Shown in pieces: positions 24,861 through 38,454 of a stretch of DNA of 64,000 nt (its first letter is position 1; every line of letters starts with the position of its first letter). The notes below the pieces were generated by a model. That model was given only the letters and a program-made list of their open reading frames with translations, did no database searches and was not told where the DNA came from. This stretch comes from Squalus acanthias (lineage: Eukaryota), in NCBI GenBank assembly GCA_030390025.1, contig CM059429.1:18104001-18168000 (forward strand). Direction: 5' to 3'. A program made the translations under genes and the position numbers.

Positions 24861-27800
24861 AGCTATTTACACCTTCAAATGGAAGCTTTTCAGATTTAAG
24901 AGAAAGGGTCATACATCACCAAGAACAAATGATTATGAATTGGTAAACGCGCCCTCCAGCGATTAGTTCTTCGACGCTATTTATCATTTTTTTTTGTCTT
25001 TTAAAATCATCTGGCAGTCTCGCAGGAAGCATGACGATCAGAGAAGAAACTAACACTGCAGGAAAGTTTGTTTTATGTACGTCCTATAAGTCATCAAAAC
25101 CCTCCCGTCAAAAACTAAACGAGTGCCACTCTGTCCCAGGGCAGACAAAAGTGCCCCTCAGCTTTTCTCTGTTATCTGAACACAATGTTGGTACACAAGA
25201 ATTTCCATGTCACACTTGTTTGGCAATTAAGAAAAAAAAACTTAGGTCTACGCTTTACACAACAAACAAATAACAAATATGGTGTAATAGATAAGTGCGC
25301 TACACCCATTCGATTGTGTTTAATAGACTGGTAACATAAATTGGCATGTCACAATCCAATATCTACTGTAACCACCATTGTTGTTTAAATGAATGCTGTT
25401 GCACCAGGCAAAATGTCACTGAGATGAGGAAGTATAAAACTTCAAGTAAATTATAATTCGAAGATGAGCGGACCAGAATATGAAAGATGGGGGAGGGGGA
25501 TTGAGGATAGGTGAACTGCATTAAACGTGTTAAAACGATTACATTCAAATGGCCAACCTATGATGTCGAGAAACACAGGGAGAAAGGGTGCTTTGTAATA
25601 CAACCCAGACTGCAGCACAGTCCAAAAGGTCTGTTCAGCAACAAGTTTCATGCAAATCCTCAGGGTTTATCCGAGAAAGAATGGAAATAAGCAACACCGA
25701 GGCCGTTTGTGCATTTAAAAATAAATGTACATCACCAGAAATTGATAATAAGTATTTAGTTACACTATGATTCTCACCTTAGACTCAAAATGGGTAAGGT
25801 GATGATAAAACGGTTCGGTGAGATGTTTCACCTACTACATTAATTGAACAAGATTAAGTTAGACTATTGAAGTCTGGTTTAAGTTCTGCTTCCCCTTCCC
25901 TTCACACATCATACGCCAGTATAGGTTACCCTTTTATAAGATATGCAAAGAATAAAACGATATCATGACTTGGGTGTAATACTATATGTGTTCACAAACG
26001 CTGGGACAATCCGAGGGGCCTCTCCCCCGCTGTTTAAATACATCAAGATTCTGTTCCTTCTGCATCTTGAAGTGACCTTCGTTCTCCTCTGTGCAAAAGA
26101 AAAATCATTAGTTAATCGTTACACAGACGTGCCTGTTGTATAAATAATTAAAACAGCTAGTTGATAGAATATGACGCCCTTTTATTAAGCAAAGTTGGTC
26201 CTCCGACAAAGAATTAACTGCACAGAACTTTGGATTTCCTCACCTCTTTAAGAGCCCCGCCCGCAAAGTGCAGAATATTTGATACAGGTAATAACTGCAT
26301 TCGAAACATTCGAAGGCTTCATTTTGTTTCTGATAAATCGTTTTTAAAAAAATAACAATTTGATGCAGGTGTTACATATGAGCAGCAGCGCCCCAGAGCC
26401 GACAATTTCAGAATCAGTAGTCAAATGTTTCATATTGTTGTGCCATAAATCGGCTTTCAATAGAGTGACAAGTACGTATTTTCTTGAAGTATCAAATTTA
26501 ATATGTCTGGTGAACATGGATGGTGGCTATAACTCTCTCAGTAGGAAGTCTTCTCTTTTAGGTCGTCGTGGTGTAAACTTTTAACAACAGGAACATTGAA
26601 ATATTCACGAGATTACTCAATGAGGTAACTTCCTCCTGAAGTGTGTTTATCAGGGGCTGGGGTGAGGGGCTACACCTTTAGATATGCTCATGGGAATTTT
26701 CAACGTATGACGTAGATTGTTTCCTGCACCTCTGCTTAAAAAACTCTGAAGTTTTGCTTTTTTTAAAAAAACACAACGGTTTTGACCATATAGGCAAACT
26801 TTTAGTACAAATATATGAACAAACGTGTAACGAAATAATTCGTTTGTGTTCGTTAAAGACGCTGCGAAATTGTTAATCAAACAGAAACTTCTGGCTCACC
26901 AGTTCGCGTTTATAATTCCGAATAAAATTATTGCAGGACTTTGCAGGTAAGTGGGTTTTGTTAAGGTGATAACTCCAGATAATCTCTACAATGACACTGT
27001 AAATATCCAGATTTAATTCGTTCGGCAACGTAATTAATCAACGACAGGTGATGGCGACAAGGTACATTTACAATATTGGTTTTGTGAGTTAAACTGACTG
27101 TTACTAAAATAAGTATGGTTTATTCAATCTACAACAAATGAAATGCAACAAAAATCTTATATATGCACCCCCAGTACTATTCATATTAAGATATTATATG
27201 TATATTTTGCAAATGAACCCTGTTCTCAATAATTGTCTTTAAATTACCAAATTCTTTTGGGGAGAATATTACAGATAAGCATTGCAAATAAATTAAATTA
27301 GATTTAACTTATTATCTAAACGATCGTATCATCTAAGTACAATTTTCTTCTTCATATTAATATTCGATACACAATGAGTTGTCTTATTAAAATGACACGA
27401 TTTTTTGTCAATTTAATATTCGGACGATTTTTAATTGCATAAATTCTATAACTGACGTTTTCAGGTTTAATGCGATGAATTCATAATTAATTGTTAGACT
27501 TTTATATGGGTGGATTGATAAATATACATGCAGGTATGCAAATATATATTACAACATATTTTACAGCATTTCTTGCACTGTTTTACTTGATCAAAATAAC
27601 TTTGGCTGATTTGTAATATTCTATTATTCCTGAATACTTTGCCTGTATAACAGGCTTTTTAAAAAGTTTTAACATGGCATACAAATGATGCAGGCCGACA
27701 TGTTTTGGTGCCTCTTCCTCCATGTGATACAGAGAGGTAGTCATCAGAACTGGCCTCTTGTGTTGTATACGTACCCTGGGCGATATTGGTACAGTATCAA

Positions 27801-29599
27801 AGGCAGCAATGCATGGCACACGATGGAGACAGGTGCGATGTAAAGAGGTCGAAATATTACTTGCACCGTCGCCCTCACCTCATGCAAGATGTGCAAGAGA
27901 TGAACAGCTTGTTCCTGTTTTAAAATAGCTCACATTGGTTTATCTGCACTATTTCACACGTCAGTTACACAGTGTGTTGTGTAAAGTGAAACTACTGTTC
28001 CAGATACATAAATTCATCTTTGCGCACTTTACGAGGCATCATACAGTTTGGGTCATTTTGTGGTCTCCCGCAGAAAAGACATTATGTCTCCCATATTTAC
28101 ATACTTTCTAATATTTGTCAAACAATCATAAATTATAAATTAATGAAATGTTGTGTGGTCTTTGGAGATCCGACTAATGAAGACATTTACCTTTTTGTGA
28201 TTTTCAAACGTCTATTTGCAGGTTTAATGACATCTAGGCTATCACGGCTTATTAAGCTTTATTAGATTTTCTCTTCACTCCCGCTGTCACTCAGATGTCT
28301 CAGCGTCAATGTCACCTGCTACAGGTACAAAAAACGCGCAAGGCTTTCCAGGCTAAAATGTGCAAAAAGCGAATGCTGGAGCTCCAAATGTCTTCAAAAA
28401 CATTAGATTACAATTCATTTGATATACCAGCTGTGGCACTATATGCACTATTTCCCCCTTCATCTCAATTTAATCTCAAAATTCATGCTGTATAGTTGGA
28501 ATATAGTGCTCTTCCCCGCATGACATCTATGGAGACAACAGCAATACAACAGACTTCTATTAATCAGAGGCACAAAGTACAACCATCCAGTAGTCTTGAA
28601 ACACTATTTTGCAAAACACGCCATCTTTTCAAATGCCTTATTTTAGAAATATGTTAGCAATTATTTTTTTGATTTCTTTAAACACTTTGATTGCGAATAA
28701 GACAAGTTGTAATTCTTTCTCTTAAACTCTATGAATATTAAAATGAAATACTAGGCAATGTCAATCAATTTTTGTGAGTAATTCAATTTCTCTAACCAGT
28801 TTTGCTGGGTTGCCTCGCAACAAAGACACGAAGATATAAAGAACTGGGATGGAAGCTAATGCAATCAAGTGGTATAATTCGATTGCTTATTTTACAAATT
28901 TCATGAGCATGTGGTAAAACAAGTACTCTGTAATGTGACTATTCGAACAGACTCTGATCAAACCTCCCTGTGCAAGGTCCACATGGGATATCATTGGTGC
29001 CTACTTGAACCCAGGCACTCCCTTAATTTAATTCCCCCCTCTTGCGATCCAGTTGGGAAGAAGAAAAAGTAAGCGTCCCCATTAAATTATTAATCTCCTT
29101 CTGTACTAAATAAATCACTATACCATGTGAGGACATACTTTGTGTCAAACTAGTTACCTGCGTCAACAGAACCTTCTTGAGCATGTTTGACGGCTCCAAA
29201 GGTTTGTGGCGACTGGGAAAGCAAGTCTAAATCTCTCAGACGTAAACGAGAGACTTTGTTCCACTCTGATTACAATAAAATCGAACAAAACAAAATAAAA
29301 TAATTGCAGTGTAAATTAAACTGTGGACGAATGCAAAATCGCACACGAGTTACATTTAAATTACATTTCGAATTTCAATTTGCTTTGACCGTTTGTTTTT
29401 AGAGTCTGCTATTTATTCCCAAACAAGAAATTACTTTTAATACACAGAGGAGAATTGCTAAAGTGCATGTTGGTAAAGGGAGCATGTGTTCTGTAATCAT
29501 CAAAAATTGATATGTGCCGCCAGTAAAGTAATTATGCACCATCCTGAGAATATGAGGACAGTATATTGTTAATCCACTTGCACACCCGTTGACTTGCAG

Positions 29600-29830
29600 C
29601 ATCAGGCTGCAAATAGCTTAATTAAGTCTTACACGTGGAATATAAGCATATTGTTACTTTATATTATGCACACTATATCTTAATTTATGGGGCAATTAAT
29701 GTACGTGACAGAATGCGGGAGAAAATGTTGACTGTGGAGACCTAAGTTGCTCACTGCTGGCAATTGTGTCAGGATGTATAAAAGCAGTCAGGGCGATACC
29801 TGCATAGTAGAGCTAATCTGTCCACTTTAT
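29600..29830. promoter_or_regulatory. Candidate conserved non-coding element/enhancer
   Basis: TTAATTAA, CACGTG, TTTATGG, CAATTAAT and TGACAG/TGTCA motifs clustered. No alignment available. Confidence 0.3.
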
Positions 29831-30339
29831 TTCTTAATGTCAGCTTGCTTTCAACCTGTTCAAATATGGAACTTTTAGACCGTCCGCATGAAAAACAATA
29901 CAATCTTATCAAGCATCTGAGCTCGATGCAATTTCACTGTGGCTCCCTCTGTCGACTCTTGTGTCATATAAGATAATCAATACATGATATGAACAAACTT
30001 CATACCTTTATGCAAAGGATCGACTTATTCTCTTTGATCCCAAGCAACTCCAATACTGTACATCATTGCCCAATGTCAAATTGAAATGTCCCTTTATAAT
30101 TGAGTGCAAATAAGAAAACAATGTACTGTCTCTTTACTGCCCATGTTCAGCTTTCTATCAGACAATGCACAATGCCTATTATATTTATGTAGATGATAGA
30201 ATATATACAATGCATTTTTCCTTTTTTTGTAAAACAACTATATTTATTGTGATAATTATTAAAGCTGCTTTAAATACCAATATTTGTACTATTTATAGAA
30301 ACATAACAGAAAGGGCAAAACATGCGTCTATTTACAGTC

Positions 30340-30800
30340 AAGAGCCAATCAGAGCTTTGAATTTTGAACACCTGCACCAAACGAACAATAACTGAATTCA
30401 TCAGGTGCGACGGGCTAATGTGATGACACCACAGCATTCTGCAGCCACTATTCTGAGGCTCGCAGGCTAGTTAATTAAAATCATTCTACCCCAATCAGCT
30501 CATAAATGGACAATAACTAACCGGTGACTAACTGGTTAATGCGTGAGACTCGCGGTTTAATGACATCTACATGCACTCGACATTTATCGGAAGTGAATTA
30601 TTTTTTGATAATTGAGTTGATTTCGAAACAGCTTGTTTCTTTCGGGTGCATTTAGTGGAAACTGTGTGAAAGAGTGAATATATTTAATCAGAATGCTCAG
30701 TGGAAAGGAGTATTGCCCTTGGTAAGATGCTGTCAGCACACTTTGTGCTGTAAATTTTCCCCTACGGTCGCAGTACAAGTTCAAAGTAATCGGCAACTTG
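30340..30800. promoter_or_regulatory. Candidate enhancer or non-coding promoter
   Basis: CCAATCAG at 30345 and 30491, ACAATAACT at 30385 and 30510, E-boxes at 30369 and 30402, TTAATTAA at 30471. Confidence 0.4.
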
Positions 30801-33639
30801 CAGACGGAAGCACGTGACGTTCACCTTTGTTTCTACTATGTGTACAACACATTGATATTCTATATATTATCCTCACGTCCAAAGTTTGGATTCAGTTTGA
30901 ACCTATTTCATTGTTGTATTTCTGTCTAAAATGCAAAATAGGAAGAAGCGTAAACATTGCTTTCAATGAACATCTAACTATTTATCTAATACAGTCTATT
31001 TTTTGAAAGGTCAAAGAATAGAGAAAAACAAATGTCTTTTAAGTGAAATTGTTTTATTCCATTGAATTAAACAGAGTTCAAGTTATGCCAACACATTGTT
31101 TTCTGCAATGTTTTATTCGCATATGCATTGAGCATTCACAGATCAGGAGTTCAGGGTGTAATGTATATGTTGCACAATGTTTGCCTGTTTATTTGTAATC
31201 GACCAGTTTTCAAAATGTTGAATTTGGTGTTTTGAATAATAGAAGTCAAGTAACATTGTTGTACAGTAGGTGACAGTATACGATTCATGCTGCAAATATG
31301 GTGCATTGTGCACTATGGACAAAACAGTATCGAATTAACTGGTGCTACCAGCTGAAATGATCCACTTAGCAGAAACTAATCCACTGAAGTAGATAGAAAT
31401 GTTATTTCAATTATCAGGTGCTGCCTTAGGGTACAGATGTTCTACCGCTTTTGTGTCGACATCAAACAGTTCTGGGTGTAATGCATGGCTATAGTGGGGG
31501 TATAACTTTGGATTCCCTTGTTCAGTGCACCAAAGCTGGCAGATATGAAGACCCCTGTAGGACGCCTTCACGTATCACGTTGAGTTCCCACCGGAGTGCA
31601 GTATAACTCCGGCCGGATGCCAAGTGGCTTATAAAGTAACTTTTCAATATTTTTAATGTTATTGAAGTGGATACTCTGTCAACTCTCATCTAACATATGC
31701 ATTCAGCCACTTGGGTTCCACATGCTCCCAAGCATGTATATGCAGTGGCTTTAGTGGCAGTCCTAAGTGAAACTCGCAACCATCGGCAATCGACAGTATA
31801 ACTCTAGTCTGCCAGTTGAGATGAAACTCCACTGATATCAGTATGGTTCATTTAGTTGTAACATAACCACAGCCTAAAATGGAATCAAATACATTGTGTA
31901 TAAGCAATAGATTACCATAGATATAAACTTATAAGACTGTGTTAAATGCAATAATCTTTAATTTGACGCCACCATTTGACTGATTTGACAATTGGTGAAA
32001 ATAGTCGCTCTGTGCGTGTTTATGTGGCTTGTATGTGTATATAAGAAGTTGAGTTTGTATTTGCTTGTATCTATAAATATGTGGGTGGATGGTTGCGCAT
32101 ATTTGTGGGTTTTTTGTGTATTTGTCTCTTGTGTGTAGGGGAAACGATTTCACTGAAGTTTTAGATACAGAGTGAAGCACAATCAGTTCTATAATAATAC
32201 AGACCGGAATCTGAGAACAAACACACGGGGCACAAGGTACACAAAAGATTTCGTAATCCACATTAATGAGATTCGCACAGTGTTATTTGAAACAGATTGC
32301 ATTTCTGTGAGAACAGGGAAATACATTTGGATTTTATTTTTCAAAGCTGCACAGTGCAGGTACAGCAACCCTTTCAAAGATAAGGAATTGCAATAAAAAC
32401 AACCCTTGCCCGTTTGTAAAAAAAAAAGTATTATTATTTTAGATCGGACGGAAGGAGGGGACTGCGAGCTAAATAGTTTGGTTTCTCGTCGTCCATATGA
32501 CAAGCAATTGCACAGCCTGGTAAAATCAAACATAGTTTACCCAAACATGTTACTGATCTTAAGGGGGCTTTGGTCTGAAACGTGATGAATTGTCATTGAA
32601 TATCATAATTCTGAAATGTAATTTTGCCAAGATGGCATTAATCTGCTTTAAAATTGTCGCTATTCGATGTAATTATGTTTAAAAAGTCGAATGAAAAGAA
32701 AAACATTAATTTTTAGTTCCTTTTCTCTCAATTTAACAAACCAAAAACAACACTTCTTCAGTAATTGAATGATGAAATCGTATAGAATTAGATCACTGTG
32801 AAAAAGAACAAATGTAATATTATCAAAACGTGACCCATTGAAGCATAACACAACCAAACAAGTTTCCAAGATCACTTGATTACTCTGTCTTTGAAAACAT
32901 ATTTTCTGCCCTTTCAGTTTGTCCAACTCCAAAGCAGCTGCCGGGGCTGTTTACCTTGGAAAGGCAGAGATTTACCACAGATAGGACCATCTGGTTGTTT
33001 TTCGGCTGATAACATCTTTTCATCTCTCACCCATGGTATATGGCTGAAGCTTAAATTCTCTACCGTCTCTCTTTTTTAAAAAAAAAGAAAAATTAATTCA
33101 TCAGAAGCGAAGTTTCCCTGAGATTTTTAAAGGGCTAAAGTAATAAGGCGACCACTGTGACATTCTCTCAGCTTAGGCCATTTTTCATAACGCAGCTGAT
33201 ACCCTTTGTGTAGCTATAGGGACTTCACAGATGAATAACGAGAAATCTCTTTAGGAACTCTCTTGCTCTTCATATATGCTTAATAGTTATATGTTAACGG
33301 AGGGTATACAGTATCTGACGTTCAGATAACAAATGGGAGAAAATAGTGATTTGGTTCCTTTTGAAGCCATTGTAAGGGCAACTTTTTCTTCCATTTGTTT
33401 CAGTAACAAGTTGCAAAGCATGTACAGAAACTGCACAGGTGGCGCTGAGAGGATCAGGGTCACTGGGCTGTGAAGACCTGTTCACAGAGAAACAGTTTAA
33501 TACAGAATATCATCCACCCCTCCCCCCCCCAAAAAAAAGTTTTTATCAGGACTAGGAGGACAGAGGACCCCAGTCTGGAAAAAAAGATAAGGCGGCAGTG
33601 ACCGCCTGGATGAGTTAGACCAAACTATACTCCTTAAAA

Positions 33640-34300
33640 TGATTGGTAAAATGACCTGCACCTAATTATTCTCGGTAAGTAACTTTCCCTTTCATTTACA
33701 TTATTTTTACAACAACATATTAATATAAGTGTTTGATGTATATTATATATGGAATAATTATTACTTATTACATTTGGATGATCAGCAAGCCGCCATTACA
33801 TATTTAGATAAAGCCATTTAATATTCTCGGTACAGCAACAACAGGTATGGTAGGTGCCCTTGGTGCTACCGAGCCATCTATTTTCTTTTCCTCATCAAGC
33901 ATAACAAAGTATCAGTTATTAAAGAGCTTTCTTTGCAGGGAGATTTCAAATGATTATTAATGTAGTCTTTGCATTTGAAGAACGCGTAATTAGAATGGGC
34001 CGTAGTGCGTGTCCCCGGAGTTACTCTTCAGATGGTGGGAGCTCTCGTTAACCGAGGGGCCTCGCAGTCCACCACAGCCAGTGCACATGCATTTGATAAA
34101 ATCGCAGGGTTGCGCCAGCTTGTGCGTGGACGTGGATCGGTCAGTGGGGCTGTAATTAGCTCTGCTGCTGATGGACCCACTCTGAGCTCCCAGGCGGTGC
34201 CTTCTCCCTTCTAACTACTTACTTGTACACTTGCGTAAGTGTGAAGCAGGAAACTGCAATAAGTGGCGCTAATTAAAGCACTCGCTTACAAAATCAATGC
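33640..34300. promoter_or_regulatory. Candidate conserved non-coding element/enhancer
   Basis: Five TAATTA sites (33663, 33755, 33987, 34153, 34270) and an AT-rich core joined to a CpG-rich flank. Confidence 0.42.
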
Positions 34301-37300
34301 AAAATGACTTAAAAGGAAGTTAGCCTGAACTCCTTCCGACGTGGACGTAACCTACACACTATAACTGACTACAATAATCATTTGCCTTGCGTAAACTGAT
34401 CAGAATGTGTTTGTGGTGAACGAGTTTACTTTTTCGTCTCCGAAGAAACGAACTAATTTTACGTTCACGGTTCTGCCATAATGATAAACAGAGGCTGACT
34501 TGGAAGGAACCCTTCTATCTCCAGTAAATAAATCCTATCAATGTAATTCGATCCATTAGCCAGTATTCCATGCACTATTAGTGCAGCATATTATTAACTG
34601 CAGATGAACTAACCCCACCCCCACTCTTACACCAGGGGCAGTTCAACATTTTTGACACAAGTAAGGAGGAAGACTTTCTCTCCATCCGCTACTCCTCCCT
34701 CATCAATTAACAACGACTCACACAACACGATTTTTTAATGATTTTTTTTTCTTAAGTTGATTTGTTCATTAATCGTTCCCACTAAAATACTCAGTGTACT
34801 TTGAGGAGAAAATGGAGAATTGTCCTTTCCTGCAATAAAAAGTTGTCATTTTCTAAAATATGGACGAGATTTGCAAATTTCTTTTTTGCGCCATTGACCC
34901 GGAGTCCTGACAAGCACATTTCGCCATCATAAGTTAGCAACTTCACTCTTGATGGCACATGACTGGTTTTTCCCATAAATCTCCGAACTGATTCGAATTA
35001 ATAGTGAAAACGGCAGGGAATTTCAGCAAAAGACCTCAGGACTCTTAAGGCTACTTGGGGAATGAGATGTGAACAGGAAAGGAGAGGGGTGGTTGGTGGC
35101 GCTTCGGCCCCTTTCATCTTTGTTAAATGTCTACGTTTGAGATTGTTAAAAAATACAAAACAAAACAAAAAAGTAAAGACTTTAGCCTATTGTTCTGAAG
35201 ATCCGCGCTCAAGAAGGCAAAGGGCAGCCCCGTCATGAAATCTCAATTCCACCGAAGTCAGAGATTTTAAAGAGGCGCAAATTATTGGTTCCATTGAATC
35301 CAAAATGTCAACAAATTTGTTCCGCTTATTAGAGGTGAACTTTTGCAAAATGAGTAAAAGTGCTGCCGCCGATCCTCAGGCTGAATATGTAACTTTACTG
35401 GAAAAAAAAGTGAACGATAAGTTTGCAAGTCGTGGTTTTGTTATATAGGGAGAAGTTTCCAAAAAGGTTCGTCAAATAATACCAGCCTTGTTTATAATAA
35501 AGCTGTCTCCATCACATAGGCGCAGCGTGAGGCGGATATGGAATAATTGTCTTGTATGAAAAAAATCAGTTCATTTATTCATTGGCATACTAAACAAAGG
35601 AAGCTATTTAAACTGTTTAAATTATCTAATTTTCAAAAGGATATAAAGTGCCCACGTCAACTGACCCGCGGACATACTTGGTCGATGCATTCAAGAATGT
35701 GGTTACTTTCTTTCTGGAAAAAATAATCAGTTCGCCCATCATCCTTTTTGTGATGCTGATACAGTGCATCAGCACTTCTCCATCCTATATCTTAAGGCGC
35801 GCTTCATTAAAATATGCGTCTAACAAGGAAACCGGGGATTAAGACTTGTTCATTGCGTTTCTGAAAACTATTTTCTGGCAGAAAAATAATCGCAACTCGC
35901 CAGAAATAGATAGCCACATATAGCTCACTTTAAAATAAAACGGAGAAAATAGCGCTAATTCAAGCATTCCACTCAATCGAAACAGGAGGAAGATAAAGTA
36001 AAACAGTCCGAACAAATAATAAGAGGGGGGGCGGGGGGGATGCAGGGAAAGTTTTTTTTCCTATTGAAATAACCACTTAAGTTGCTGAAATAATAAAGGG
36101 CATCGGATGTCGTGACCTTAACTTTAATCACAAAAATAGATATGACTCTTACTAAAAATTATAGTCATGTATGTGGTGAATATGATTATAGTTTTAAGTA
36201 AATATCGAAAATGACCACCAGACACCAATTCATCAATGAAACCCAATGTAATTCAAATTCACAGAATAGGCAAGAACGGCCAAACAGCCACGACATTATA
36301 TAGACAATAAAGTGAATTGATAAAGGACGGTCTGTGGTAGAATGTAAATATTGCACGTTATGTTTGGGAAATAGAAGCAACCACGAAGGTCATTTATTTG
36401 AATTACTTTACCAATTAATATAGAAACCCACAGGTTAAAATGCCTGGAGGCGCTGACTCTCGTTTAGTGTGTCTATGTACCACGTAAAATGATTAAATAT
36501 AAGGTCTGGTGTACGACAAAAACAAATACTGTTTCATGTTTACAGCAGCGGGGCAGTTCCGACAGATTGAAGATCTGCCAGCATCACCCGAGCTAGAAAA
36601 TAAACAATTAAACAGATTCGCCTCTGCAATGGTGTAAATAGGACCATGGACTACAACACTGTAACGTTATCAGGATATTACACTCACTATTAAACCCTTA
36701 TCAGACACAACCTTCCAACCCCTCCCCCTTAACATTGACTATGGGAGATAGTGGACTGTTCACTGGACAGACTCTGAAGTGGAACGCAATGCAATAGCTA
36801 AAAAAAAAACAGGATTTAAAAAGGTTGCCAAGGAGCCACATATTCATTCGGTTTCTCCATAAAATCATTTAGTGCCGCGATTTCAAATTTACTGGCAACC
36901 ACTTGATGATTTTAAAGTCAGAAGGAAGCCCTGAGCACCATAATTGTAGAGGGCATGCAGAACAGCGCCACACCAACCAAGTCTGTTGCCGAATGGTACC
37001 CAGCAACAAGGAATCGAGTTTATTACTTAGGGTACTTTAACATTTAGAATTCAAGCTAAAATGGTTAACTTATGAAACCATCACTCGCAGAGAGATCGTT
37101 CCACTTTCTTTGAAATATATCGGCTGCATCTTACAACGTTATAAAGCGAGAATATTGCAAAAAAAGTTATGTTTTTCGATAAATACTGGTTTGAATACTG
37201 CAACGTGATTATACCAGAGACCACTTAAAGATGGCCACTGAGTTCTGTTGCACCGTCTTTTATGAAGTTTATATCACGTTCAAAGTTTCTAAGCTTGATT

Positions 37301-38392
37301 ATCGATTACTTCGGAATAGTCTAACGGTAAACGTCATCGAGTACCAACCCAAATCAGTACTCCCGGTGAGACGGGAAAATCACCACTAAACTTTTCTCAT
37401 GGATTACTGCAGCCCCCCTTTTGGCGTGGATGCCAGAATTTAATAATGAGAGAAAATCCATCGCCATTTGTGTATTTCACTCTTTCCCATTAGCATCATC
37501 ACATTCAAAGTAAATCTAATCACGAAGGTACCTGCAATTTGCCAATGTATTTGTTTAGAAGCGTTTCAGGGTACAGTTACCTAAAAAAAAACAATTGTGT
37601 TCAGAATTGAAAACACGAGAACGAATAATTCTAATTATCCGAGCGAGATTTAGTTGATGCTCAAATATAGGACACTGCGAGTCTCTATGAAGTCAGCAGA
37701 AGGGTTACATTCTGTTAAAACACTCCAAGAGCAAAGCTCTGAATTAACCTTTAACACATCTCAGTTTCGCATGGCTAATAAAGGGAATTCTACCCAGCAA
37801 AATAAATTGTCACTATAACCGCCAAACTCATGACCATGCAGTATATATCCAAGGCGAAATTATTATTAAGTATCGCGTACAACTTAATTAGAATAATGGT
37901 CACTTTCCAAAGCTGAAAATGTGTTTTTCATTTCGGCACAACTGAATGGGAACTGATTCAAGCCAACATGTTTCCAATAGCCCACTGACTGATGTAGTCT
38001 AAACATCGAAGGGAGGCTCCATTCGATGTAAAGTGTTGCGGTCTTGAAGCATAGGTGGTGTAATTTCCCTCTGCTTTCCACATTTATTATTTTTTGGGGG
38101 GGAAATATCCTTATTAGTGAAGAACACAAATAAGCATCTAAAATACAAGCATACATGGCCCTCAGATAAGGTCAATGCAACTGTGTATTCCAGGTCCTTG
38201 AACCCTAACTAGATGACTGGATAGTTGAACCAGCAAACAATTGTTCTGAATAGAAGTTGACCTTAGTTTATTGATTTGTTTGCACAAATGTTTGCCTAAA
38301 ATACAATCAGTCCTGACAGGAGTGCCCCCCTGCTGCGCGGTGTTGAGATTTCAACAACCACATTATCTGTAGCCCAACACTAAATAACTGTT

Positions 38393-38452
<60 letters not shown>
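38393..38452 (+). repeat. (GATA)15 microsatellite
   Basis: Perfect tetranucleotide array read directly. Confidence 0.97.

Positions 38453-38454
<2 letters not shown>

Noticed and set aside
38324-38338. CTCF site
   Set aside because: The reverse strand has six G's and lacks the leading CC of the CTCF core. It fits the ZIC consensus better.
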